Source: a bacterium (GTDB taxonomy: Bacteria; SAR324; JACQKK01). Taken from it: a stretch of DNA of 64,000 nt. Shown here one piece after another: positions 1 through 9,321 of the stretch (position 1 is its first letter; the number at the start of each line of letters is the position of its first letter). A program made the position numbers and the translations under genes. The notes below the pieces were generated by a model. It did not search any database and was not told where the DNA came from. It worked only from the letters and a program-made list of their open reading frames with translations. The stretch covers positions 640,001-704,000 of the forward strand of contig OZ251219.1 of the NCBI GenBank assembly GCA_965240465.1, written 5' to 3'.

Positions 1-433
1 TTATGACGATTCCTATGCTACAAGACCACGAGCTTCTCAGGTAGCAGTCACCCATTTTGATCAGCCCTTAGCTTTGATCGCTGGTGGTACCGATAAAGGA
101 GCTTCTTTTAGCAGCTGGGCAAAAACCATCTGCCAGCAAACACAGCTAAAAAGGGTGGTGCTGATAGGAAATACCGCAGAACTCCTAGGAAAAATCTTAA
201 AACAAGTCACTCACTCAGAAAATTGCCCCCCAGTGCCAGTGGTACAAGCCCATAGCCTAGGACAAGCCTTTCAATTGGCACTCCAAGCCTTAACATCCAC
301 AGGGGGCGTTTTGTTGCTTAGTCCAGCTTGTGCTAGCCTAGACATGTTCACCGATTACCAACATCGCGGGGAATGCTTCCAAGCCTTGGTACGGGCTCAA
401 CAATTAAAATCCACCGACCCAGAGCAGAGCTAG
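1..433 (+). CDS. murD: UDP-N-acetylmuramoyl-L-alanine--D-glutamate ligase, 3' part (5' end outside window)
   Basis: Frame is open from position 2: YDDSYAT...LIAGGTDKG...LLSPACASLDMFTDYQHRGECF, matching MurD C-terminal motifs. Confidence 0.92.
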   Translation, partial: YDDSYATRPRASQVAVTHFDQPLALIAGGTDKGASFSSWAKTICQQTQLKRVVLIGNTAELLGKILKQVTHSENCPPVPVVQAHSLGQAFQLALQALTSTGGVLLLSPACASLDMFTDYQHRGECFQALVRAQQLKSTDPEQS

Positions 434-512
434 AAATGCTTAAACACCCGATTTCTATCTCCGAGAGATACGAGCATATCTTCCTTATTTAAGGAGAATA
501 GAGCAGGAACAC

Positions 513-1784
513 TCACTCTTTATTAGCTGAATGTTTTTGGGTGGAAAGCTGCGGGTTAGGAGCTTTTGGAGCTGATTGCGATGAACTGGGTTTAGATTTT
601 TTAGTACTGTTTTTTTTAGTTCGGGGAGCATTAGTTCGTGCTTGCCTTTTTTTCCAGAGGGTTTTTTCTTGGAGGATAAATTTGGAGATGATTTCTTGGA
701 GGATTTTTATGAAAGGGATGGTGTATTCAGCGAACAGGAGGGCGATTTTTTTAAGTTTATCAGCCAGTTTGGAGTAGTTGGGTAGATATTTTTTACATCT
801 AGATCTCAGAGTAGTTTTTTTGGGTGGGGGTTCTTCAATTGGTTCTTCAATTGGTTTTTCAATTGGGGGTTTGGGGGCTGATTTTTTCTTCGGCCAAACC
901 AAAGCCAGACAGATTAATTGCCAGAGTAGTAGCAAAGCTGCAATCTCTGCTGCTAGCCAGCTGAGGGCTTCTGTGGCTATTGGACCGTATAGGTAGGAGA
1001 TTAATCGGGATCCTAATAGTTGATGCCATTGAGCAATGGATAAGGATTGCTCGGTTTTAAGAGCATTTGGCTGGCTCTGTGGCAGACTGGCCAGTAGTCC
1101 CATCAAGAAGCGAGTTCGGGGAGGGACTGGGGCGTCGTCGGGGGCGTTGTCGGGGGCGTTGTCGGGTTCGGCTAAGCCAGTGGAATTAGACAGATTATTC
1201 GGTCCGACAAATATATCTTTAGTTAGATAGGGTGGATCGGCAAGGGCTTGGGCCTCGGATAACAGAGGCCAGTTGGGATGATGCATGGTCATCCAGGTTA
1301 GGACTCCTTCTATCAGCCAGTGGCCGGGATTTTTAGTAGCTGGGCTGCTTTGCCTTTGTTTTTGCAATGCTTGGAGATATTCGGCTTCGGGCATATTTGC
1401 CAGAGATTTAAGTAGGGACTGGCTACTCAACGGCTGAGAGGCAGGAATGGAAAGTTTTAGGGGTTGCAACAAGATTTCCCCCACCTGTTCCGCCACTGGA
1501 ACATCGGGAGCAGCTGGGACACGATAAAATTGATGTGCCAATAGCTGCTCAGCATTGAATGCTACCAGATAGCAAAGAGTCCAGATCCAAAATGAAACAA
1601 CAAACTGCCCTAGCAATAACGAGCTGAGCCACCCGCGTCCTATCCAACGCCTCAGGATGGTATGCAGTCCTATTCCGGCTAGGGTACTCATCAAGAACAA
1701 CAAAACCCAGACTGGCCAAGGAAATAGTGCCAGTGCTTGCTCCCAGGGGCTGGAAAGTAAGAATTTTGCTAAGATCAGCTGCAT
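513..1784 (-). CDS. Hypothetical membrane protein with Lys/Pro/Ser-rich basic C-terminal tail
   Basis: 423-aa ORF with N-terminal hydrophobic helices and one later hydrophobic helix; no family recognised. Confidence 0.6.
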   Translation of the reverse strand: MQLILAKFLLSSPWEQALALFPWPVWVLLFLMSTLAGIGLHTILRRWIGRGWLSSLLLGQFVVSFWIWTLCYLVAFNAEQLLAHQFYRVPAAPDVPVAEQVGEILLQPLKLSIPASQPLSSQSLLKSLANMPEAEYLQALQKQRQSSPATKNPGHWLIEGVLTWMTMHHPNWPLLSEAQALADPPYLTKDIFVGPNNLSNSTGLAEPDNAPDNAPDDAPVPPRTRFLMGLLASLPQSQPNALKTEQSLSIAQWHQLLGSRLISYLYGPIATEALSWLAAEIAALLLLWQLICLALVWPKKKSAPKPPIEKPIEEPIEEPPPKKTTLRSRCKKYLPNYSKLADKLKKIALLFAEYTIPFIKILQEIISKFILQEKTLWKKRQARTNAPRTKKNSTKKSKPSSSQSAPKAPNPQLSTQKHSANKE

Positions 1785-1870
1785 TTCGGGACCTGTAGAA
1801 GGGCTACAACTGCTTTTTCACCTCAGCAATGAGCATGGTAGCTAATAGGGAGCAGCTACGGGGTCGTTTT

Positions 1871-2224
1871 CTAGGAAACAGAGGGTCTAGTGGAGCTACT
1901 GGTGGAATTATGGGCAGATTTGCGGCGAGTAGGTAAATGAGCGGGAGATTTTTTATCAAGACCGTTGCGCCACACCCCAGATGGATAAAAGGTAACCACG
2001 TGCCTAGCAGATACGGCATGGAGCTTTCCTGTTTTTGGATTACGCCCAGTTCGTTCTCCTTTATGAAGCACTCTCCACTTGCCAAAACCGCTTATTAAGA
2101 CTGATTCCTTGTCTGCGAAACATTGCTTGATGGATTCTAAAATGTCCTCTACTTGTTGACTAGCTTCTTCATGCGATATTTTCAAACGCAGTTCAATCAA
2201 ACGAATAATATCAGCCTTAACCAT
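1871..2224 (-). CDS. ihfA: Integration host factor subunit alpha (IHF/HU family)
   Basis: MVKADII...VLISGFGKW.V..K.ER.GRNPKTG...VSARHVVTFYPS; short C-terminal extension. Confidence 0.88.
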   Translation of the reverse strand: MVKADIIRLIELRLKISHEEASQQVEDILESIKQCFADKESVLISGFGKWRVLHKGERTGRNPKTGKLHAVSARHVVTFYPSGVWRNGLDKKSPAHLPTRRKSAHNSTSSSTRPSVS

Positions 2225-2573
2225 GGTGTTTTTTAGGATGAGGATGAAAAGAGCAGGGTCTCAAAGACGGGTTAGGGTGATAACATGATATGAGGGCAAA
2301 GCAAGCAGGCACAATCAATTTAACGGGTTTTCAGGTGAAGTTTCCTCATAAATATGGAAATGGAGCATACCATTTATAAAGAACATTAGGATAGGAGGTC
2401 AAGCATTTTTCAGGTTTAAGAAGTGTCTTTTAGGGAGTTATTTTAATGAATTGGGGGGTTGGGAGGGTGGAGGTACTAAAAGAACGGTAAATTTGGGCAT
2501 TACAAACCTTTTTTATGGCATAATAAAAGCATAGTAGGAGGACGCTAATAGCGTTTTCTTAAAGGAGCAAAGA

Positions 2574-4694
2574 ATGATAAGTCGATCGGGATACCAAATT
2601 TTAGTAAAGGGGTTGTCGTGGGTGTTGCTTTGTGTTGGGTTAAGTTTGGGCGGGTTAACTTGGGCGGAGGACGCCAAAAATGATGAGCAACCTACCCAGG
2701 CGGATCCCGTTAGAACTGAGCCTCGGGAGAATAAGGGGTCTTTAGGGAAGGAAGCTGCGAGTGATCCAGCTGATGGATCTGATGATTCTCTCAGGGAGAG
2801 TTTTTCTTTTTGGGCTTCCCCCGATGGTTTTCCTCCTTTGTCGGAAAAGGAGTCTAAGAAGCTTTTTCCTGTTTATCCGATTGTGGCGAAGCAGCAGCAA
2901 TTTTGGATATCTGTGTTTAGCAAGTACAACTCTAAGCAAGGCTTGTTACACGATGGCTTAGTAGGCTTGCCGACTTATGGAGCGGTTAATTTAAGGGGGC
3001 TTAGTAAACGGAGTCAAGAAAGGCTGATAAGAACCAAAAAGAAGCAAGTGTCCAATAATTTGTTGGCACTGGCAAATGCGATAGAAAAAGGTCAACCACT
3101 CAGTAAGAAACAACGCCTTTTGCGAAACTTGTTTCCTAAAAAAACCACTGCTAAGCAATTGAAGATTTCAGCAGGGAGTGTTCGGTTTCAGCGTGGCTTG
3201 TCCGATAAATTTCGTAAGGGCTTGGAACGCTCCAGCAGTGTACTGGTGCATGCTCGCAGTAGTATGAGAAAACATGGTGTACCCGCAGATTTAGCATTCC
3301 TGCCTCATGTGGAATCGTCTTTTCAGGTTCATAGTTATTCCAACAAGAACGCAGCCGGAATGTGGCAATTCACCAGAGGCACTGCTCGCCTTTATATGAC
3401 CGTCAATTATACGGTGGATGAACGTCTGGATCCAATAATCGCCTCTGATGCCGCAGCCCGCTTCCTGAAAGAAAATTATAAAAAATTGAAAACCTGGCCC
3501 CTGGCGATAACCGCTTATAACCACGGCCCCTACAGCTTGAAAAAAATCGTTGCTCGGCAAGGTACCCGCAACCTAGGCAAACTGATAGAAAACTACCATG
3601 GCGGATTGTTTAAAATTGCCAGTAAAAACTTCTATGCAGAATTTCTGGCTGCTCGCACCATCGCCCTGAACCCAGAAGCATACTTCCCAGGAGTAAAACG
3701 ACAGCCAGTACTAGACTTCCAAGAACAACAACTCCCCTTCTATCTGGATGCTAAACTAGCCTCCAAATTGCTGAATACCTCTAAATCAAAACTAAGGGCA
3801 TTAAATCCCGCTTTGCGTCACCCAGTTTGGTCAGGTTCAAAACTTATCCCTACTAACTATAAACTCCGCTTCCCGTCTCATATTGATGCCCAAAAATTCC
3901 TAGCTTCAGTACCTCAAAAACAACGCTTCGCAAAACAACAACGCACCTGGGTAGTACGGGTCAGATCAGGGGATACCCTCTCCAGCATCGGACGTAAATA
4001 CAAAATCAGCTGGCACAGCATCGCCAAGGCTAATAACATCGTTTCTTATAATCGTTTGCGCCCAGGGCAAAAACTGCTGATCCCACATCGGGGCCAAACT
4101 GCACCTCCACAAATAAAGAAAATTCAGCAAAATATTCAGCTAGCCAATGCCAAAAAACAAGGCAAAAAACAAGGCGAAAAACCAGCCACCAAAACCAAAA
4201 CAGCTACTACCTCAAACTTTATCTATCCCTCTAAACACGCCAATGTCCTCCAAGTACTGGCATACTCCCCCTCCTCGGCAGAAGTTAAGGTGAAAGCCGT
4301 CTATGGAGAAGTCATCGGACACTACGCCGATTGGTCTGGAACCGGACTCACTCGCATCCTGAGAGCCAATCGCCTTAGCCGCCGTGCCAAACTGAAAGCT
4401 AATCGCCAATATCGCATCCCCCTCAATGTCTCCAAGCAGGAATTTGAAAGACGACGAATAACCTATCACGCACAACTAGAAAGCGACTTCTTCCAACGCT
4501 TCAATGTCATTGATAAAAAAACCCTCATCGTTAAACCAGGACAAACCGCCTGGAACATCGCCAAACCTCACAATATACCCATGTGGCTCTTCTTCCGAGA
4601 AAACCCCAGACTGCAAAACAAAATCCTCCAACCAGGCATGAAATTGGTACTCCCCATCGTTACACCCATTAAAAGCCAAGCACGGGTCTTGTAA
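2574..4694 (+). CDS. Lytic transglycosylase (SLT) with LysM domains, MltD-like
   Basis: LPHVESSF, AAGMWQF, DERLDP, AITAYNHG (SLT motifs); VRSGDTLSSIG and VKPGQTAWNIA LysM repeats; signal peptide. Confidence 0.9.
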   Translation: MISRSGYQILVKGLSWVLLCVGLSLGGLTWAEDAKNDEQPTQADPVRTEPRENKGSLGKEAASDPADGSDDSLRESFSFWASPDGFPPLSEKESKKLFPVYPIVAKQQQFWISVFSKYNSKQGLLHDGLVGLPTYGAVNLRGLSKRSQERLIRTKKKQVSNNLLALANAIEKGQPLSKKQRLLRNLFPKKTTAKQLKISAGSVRFQRGLSDKFRKGLERSSSVLVHARSSMRKHGVPADLAFLPHVESSFQVHSYSNKNAAGMWQFTRGTARLYMTVNYTVDERLDPIIASDAAARFLKENYKKLKTWPLAITAYNHGPYSLKKIVARQGTRNLGKLIENYHGGLFKIASKNFYAEFLAARTIALNPEAYFPGVKRQPVLDFQEQQLPFYLDAKLASKLLNTSKSKLRALNPALRHPVWSGSKLIPTNYKLRFPSHIDAQKFLASVPQKQRFAKQQRTWVVRVRSGDTLSSIGRKYKISWHSIAKANNIVSYNRLRPGQKLLIPHRGQTAPPQIKKIQQNIQLANAKKQGKKQGEKPATKTKTATTSNFIYPSKHANVLQVLAYSPSSAEVKVKAVYGEVIGHYADWSGTGLTRILRANRLSRRAKLKANRQYRIPLNVSKQEFERRRITYHAQLESDFFQRFNVIDKKTLIVKPGQTAWNIAKPHNIPMWLFFRENPRLQNKILQPGMKLVLPIVTPIKSQARVL

Positions 4695-4841
4695 CTAATA
4701 ATAAATTTCGTTTCCAAAGGGATCCACCCAACCTGATGAAAGCAACGGTCTGAAAAGATTTCTCTGAAAGCAATGCAAGAAACCCTGCAAAATCGCACCA
4801 TATTTTGTAGAGATAATCTAGAGGTGCTGTATCAATAGCGA

Positions 4842-5555
4842 TCAGCTAGGGGGTTTGCAGGCGATGTGTAGGGCAGTGGTGCCGAACAGGTATTCTTTCA
4901 GCTGGATGGAAGAGAATCCTACCTGTTGCAACAGCTGGCATAGTTGTGCTTGGGAAAGATAATCGCGGGTGGAATGAGGAAGGTAGTCAAACATTTCTTC
5001 TGCAGGCATAAGCAATTTGCCGATCCTGGGAACGATATGAAACATATAGGCATGAGCTAAGGGTTTCATCCAGCGGTAGCGTACTTGTCCGATATCCAAA
5101 CAGGCGAAACGGCCTTTGGGCTTAAGAATGCGGAACAGCTCAGTGAGACAGCCCTGGGGATCGGAAACATTACGCAATCCATAGCCGATGGTCACCACAT
5201 CAAAGGTTTGGTTGGCGAATGGAAGGATGAGGGCATCGGCAGCGAGGGTGTAGGTATGTTGGTATCGCCTTAAACGATGTTGAGTGATCCGCAACATGGG
5301 AAGGGAGAAATCAGCTGCGATAACCACTCCTTGTCCCTGGATCTGTTTGCAGGCACGCAAGCTAAGGTCGCCAGTGCCACAACAGACATCCAAGATACGC
5401 ATGGATGGACGTATTTTTGCCAACCGAATAAGAGTATTTTTCCAACGGCGATGCTGGGCTTGGGTGATTAAATCATTGAACAGGTCATAGTGGCTGGCAA
5501 TGTTTCCAAATCGCTTTTGCACGAAGCGAGCTTTGTTTTTGGGCATCTTAAACAT
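4842..5555 (-). CDS. ubiE: UbiE/MenG-family C-methyltransferase (ubiquinone/menaquinone biosynthesis)
   Basis: F..IA..YD..ND, ILDVCCGTGDL, FDVVTIGYGLRNV, LFRILKPKG; start placed at ATG 5555 (5546 also possible). Confidence 0.9.
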   Translation of the reverse strand: MFKMPKNKARFVQKRFGNIASHYDLFNDLITQAQHRRWKNTLIRLAKIRPSMRILDVCCGTGDLSLRACKQIQGQGVVIAADFSLPMLRITQHRLRRYQHTYTLAADALILPFANQTFDVVTIGYGLRNVSDPQGCLTELFRILKPKGRFACLDIGQVRYRWMKPLAHAYMFHIVPRIGKLLMPAEEMFDYLPHSTRDYLSQAQLCQLLQQVGFSSIQLKEYLFGTTALHIACKPPS

Positions 5556-5586
5556 AAAGTGGTCTGCAGTATTCAAGCATTCAACC

Positions 5587-6867
5587 TTAGTGGGTGAAGA
5601 GGCGAACCCCAATCAGGGACATGCTAATACCATGTTCATTACAGGCAGAAATGACCTCTTCATCCTTAAGAGCTCCCCCACACTGAGCAATGTGAGCTAC
5701 CGCAAAGCGAGCTGCTTGATCAACATTATCTCTAAAAGGCAAAAAGGCATCAGAAGCCATACAAAGATGCTCCCAAGTGCTCATCCAATCGGTGTACTCC
5801 TGAGGAGGAAATTTTTTGGGAGGAACAGTGAAAAGGCTCTCCCAGACAGGTCTTTGAATCGGAGTAAGGCGATCATCCAGCCAATCCACAATGGCATTGA
5901 TTTTTTGCTGGCGGGGAACTTGGGGCTGAAAAGAAAGAGCAACCGCCAAGGGATGCTGGCGTATTCTCCACAGCTGGGCTTTCCTCCCTGCTAGAATGAT
6001 GGCATCCACCCGACTTTGCTGACCTGCTCCTACTCCGACTACCTGCCCCTTCCAACTGAAGCATATTGAGTTTGATTGGGTGTACTTGGTGGTAATCAAC
6101 CCCAGACAGAGGTCCCTTATAGCTTGAGGAGAATGCTCTTGACGGGTGACCGTTTTTAATTCCTCAGCCCTTAGAAGAAACTCATTACGCTGCTGACGGA
6201 GGATAACTCCAAATATCTCTCGACTCTCATCGGATGGCGGTTGCCAATCTGGGTTAGCTCGCAGGATTATAAAGCGTCCTTTTTTCTTGGCACGTAAAAT
6301 TTTCAGGGCTTGGGGATGATAATCAGGGGCGATGATACCATCAGAGAATTCATTTTTTAAGAGCTGGGCTAGGGTTTCATCCACGGTATCGCTGACCGCA
6401 GCTAAATCGCCGAAGGAGCTCAAGGGATCGGCACTACGAGCACGCAAATAGGCATTGGCTATCGGGGAAAGCCCCGCCGCGTTTATCTGGCAATAAGCCC
6501 CTATTCCAGCCGATAATTCTCCGCTCAGGGCTGCTCCTGCAGGGCTGAGATGCTTAAAGCTAGCCGCAACGGGAGGACCTAATGCTGACTGAGCTTCACG
6601 GACTAACTGCCAACCCAGCAGGGCATCCATCACATTGATGTACCCAGGCTCCCCAGCCAGCACCTCAAAGGGAGCACCTGCCCTGGAAAAGCACAATTCA
6701 GCATCCTGATGAGGATTACAGCCATACTTTAATTTCTTTACCAGTCCCTGGTCTCGGATGGCAGAGTTGACGGATGATTTTAATTTCAAGGGTGTTATGC
6801 TATATTCCAGAGCGAGTAGTTTTGGTTTCCTTCGTCTTGCAGTCTTATCTTGCGGTTTATGGTGCAA
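5587..6867 (-). CDS. purH: AICAR formyltransferase (PurH transformylase domain only, no IMP cyclohydrolase domain)
   Basis: LKYGCNPHQ, SFKHLSPAGAA, SSFGD, KYTQSNS, GAGQQSR, ASDAFLPFRDN, RLFTH; true start uncertain. Confidence 0.85.
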   Translation of the reverse strand: MHHKPQDKTARRRKPKLLALEYSITPLKLKSSVNSAIRDQGLVKKLKYGCNPHQDAELCFSRAGAPFEVLAGEPGYINVMDALLGWQLVREAQSALGPPVAASFKHLSPAGAALSGELSAGIGAYCQINAAGLSPIANAYLRARSADPLSSFGDLAAVSDTVDETLAQLLKNEFSDGIIAPDYHPQALKILRAKKKGRFIILRANPDWQPPSDESREIFGVILRQQRNEFLLRAEELKTVTRQEHSPQAIRDLCLGLITTKYTQSNSICFSWKGQVVGVGAGQQSRVDAIILAGRKAQLWRIRQHPLAVALSFQPQVPRQQKINAIVDWLDDRLTPIQRPVWESLFTVPPKKFPPQEYTDWMSTWEHLCMASDAFLPFRDNVDQAARFAVAHIAQCGGALKDEEVISACNEHGISMSLIGVRLFTH

Positions 6868-6961
6868 TCTTATCTTGCGGTAGGTAAAATCTCATTTTTA
6901 ACACTAACAGCTTGAAGGTGAGAATGTTGTTTAGCGTGATAAAATATTTGGATAAAAGAAC

Positions 6962-7964
6962 ATGATTAAGATGGTTTCTCATAAGTCAGTCCAGCCTTTC
7001 AGCTCTGTTTGGCTTATCAATTCTGTTTGGCTTATCAATTTAGCCAAGGGCGGGATGTTTTTATGCTTAGGGTTGCTGATGGTGCCTCAGCTACGAGCAT
7101 CCCAAACGGCTACAGGAGATTCAGACTGCGTGGTGGAATCCAATGCTGCTTGCGTGAATTGGAGCACTGGACAGGTTTATATTTGATGAAAAAGGAAGAA
7201 TTAAAAAACAAATTAAATCTTAGGATACCAAAATCGTTGGTTACCGATCTGCACCAAGTCATCAAGCCATGGCTAGCGGAATAGGATTACCAGCCAGCTG
7301 GGCGGATACCGATGCCAAAAAGAAACTTAGTGCTACCCGAGCTGCCAAGCTCAGTGCTGCCCAAGCCCTATTAGAGGTACTCCAAGGCATTAACCTGAAT
7401 TCTACTGATGAATTGAATACTCGCTTGGAAAAATCGGGTTCAGTCAATAGCCGTTTGAGGGGACGTTTAAGAGATCTTGAACCAGTCAGGGGACCAGAGT
7501 ATCTAAAAGATGGTAGCGTGCGAGTTCGTTTGGCTACTAAGGTGCATGGAATTTTGCCTCGCAAATGGTTGACTACAGAAGCTACTCAAGCTAGCAGTTC
7601 TAGAGTTCTACCTACCTATAGTGGTTTAATAGTCAACGCTCAGGGATTAAGGGCCGCTCCAGCCCTTTCTCCGCGGTTGCTAGGAGCAGACGGGCAGCTG
7701 GTTTATACGGCGGGATATGTGGATCGCCGATATATTATTTCTCAGGGAGCGGTGGGTTATCTAAAATCCCTTGAAGCTGCTAAGAAACACCCTCGGGTAG
7801 GTAATCGTCCCTTGATCATCAAGCCTCAGGCGGTCAGCGGAGCTCGCCGTACTGATTTCGTGCTATCAGCAGGAGATGCCGAGTTGTTACGTCGCCTGCA
7901 TCGCCGTCAGGATTTTTTAAGTCAGAGTAGGGTAATCATCGTGCTGGGTGAGGGTAAAAAATAG
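6962..7964 (+). pseudogene. LPP20-like secreted protein gene split by a 91-nt insertion
   Basis: ORF 6962-7186 ends ..CVNWSTGQVY(I*) and ORF 7269-7964 begins (M)ASGIGLP. Removing 7181-7271 gives in-frame NWSTGQVYASGIGLP. C-terminal YSGLIVNAQGL..PALSPRL..HPRVGNRPLII..VIIVL is typical of this family. Confidence 0.65.
7181..7271 (+). other. 91-nt insertion supplying a stop codon, the start of a 32-codon mini-ORF (7186-7284) and a restart ATG
   Basis: Frame restored on removal; TGATG stop/start overlap at 7184-7188; TTGATGA/TCATCAA inverted repeat near the ends. Confidence 0.6.
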
Positions 7965-8040
7965 CTGCAGTAGCTACAAAGTATCAAGGATTTAGTTTTG
8001 TCTGAGTTTCATCCAAATTTTATTTCAGTTTCAGATTAGT

Positions 8041-9321
8041 TTGAGGATCATTTTTTTGGGAGTTATTTCCATGTTCTCGTTATTTTCAATTTCAGTTTTA
8101 TTCTTATTTTCATTGCCATTAGGTTTAGCTCGGCGGGTTTTTCGGGTTGATTGTCTAGGGGGCATGGTTGTGATGTTATCAGCGGTGGTGTTGGTAGTTG
8201 GGTGTTCCTCCAATTCTAGGCAGGCAAGCGGACGTTTGGACACTCCCGAGCATCATGTACTGCGGGGAAATGACGCCATAGCGGTCGGCAATTTTGAGCG
8301 TGCCGAGCGAGAATTTGAGCTATCCTTAGGACTTAAGGAAGATTATGCTCCTGCCTTAGCGGGTTTGGCAGTGGTGAAAGCTCAAGTTGGCACGAAACCA
8401 TTGCTGAGCAAACGCCAGCGAGAGCGTTATTTTGAGCAATCTAAGGACTACTTGAAGAAGGCTTTTGATAAGGCTAGGGGGCCGGAGAATCTGGAGGTTT
8501 ATCTAGCTGCTATTCAGGTATCACGGATCAATAAGGAGAAAAGATGGATTAAGAATGCGGAATCTCAATATTTCAAGGCACTCAAGTTAAGCGGTGATAA
8601 GAATGAAGCTCGTCCGCATTTGTATATGGCTAGGGTTTGGCGGGATGCCTTTCAATTACCCAAAGCCGAAGAGCTTTATCGCCGAGTGTTGGGGCAAGAT
8701 AGTCCTTTGAACGAGGTAGCAGATGCAGAACTAGCGGTGGTGCAAAAGATTCGCCGAGCTGCCCCTGGGAGTCGCTATGGGAAGCTGATCGCCTTTGATG
8801 ATAGAATTACTCGGGCTGATATTGCGGCTTTGTTTATTTCTGAGTTGCGACTGGAACGCATCTATAGAAGAGGAGCTAAAGCGGCTGAGTTCAAGCCTTC
8901 CACTTCTTCTGCTGGAATTTATTCGGTGCCTAAGGATGTGCTTGAGCATCCCTTGCGTGGCGACATTGAAGAGGTCATCAGGTTGGGTGTTAGGGGGCTG
9001 GAGGTTTCTCCGCGGGGGCGTTTCTTGCCCGATGAGGTAATTAACAGAGCGGAATTTGCTTTGATGGTGGAGGATATTCTCGTCAAGGTTACTGGTGAGT
9101 ACGATCTTAGTACTAGATTTGTGGGGCAGAAATCTCCTTTTGCGGATGTTAAATCTGATTTACCTTATTTTAATGCGGTGCAGACGGTGACTTCGCGTTC
9201 TTTGATGGAGCCTAAGGACAAGATCAATGGGATATTTGCTCCCTTGGATAGGGTAATCCCAGTGGATGCCTTGATTGTGCTCAGACTATTGAAAAATGAG
9301 CTGCGTTCTTATGTTCGCTAG
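8041..9321 (+). CDS. TPR and S-layer-homology (SLH-like) domain lipoprotein
   Basis: Lipobox-like VVGC; TPR-like helices; ITRADIAALF, F.PDEVINRAEFA, SPFADV SLH-like motifs; start may be 8071 or 8164. Confidence 0.75.
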   Translation: MRIIFLGVISMFSLFSISVLFLFSLPLGLARRVFRVDCLGGMVVMLSAVVLVVGCSSNSRQASGRLDTPEHHVLRGNDAIAVGNFERAEREFELSLGLKEDYAPALAGLAVVKAQVGTKPLLSKRQRERYFEQSKDYLKKAFDKARGPENLEVYLAAIQVSRINKEKRWIKNAESQYFKALKLSGDKNEARPHLYMARVWRDAFQLPKAEELYRRVLGQDSPLNEVADAELAVVQKIRRAAPGSRYGKLIAFDDRITRADIAALFISELRLERIYRRGAKAAEFKPSTSSAGIYSVPKDVLEHPLRGDIEEVIRLGVRGLEVSPRGRFLPDEVINRAEFALMVEDILVKVTGEYDLSTRFVGQKSPFADVKSDLPYFNAVQTVTSRSLMEPKDKINGIFAPLDRVIPVDALIVLRLLKNELRSYVR

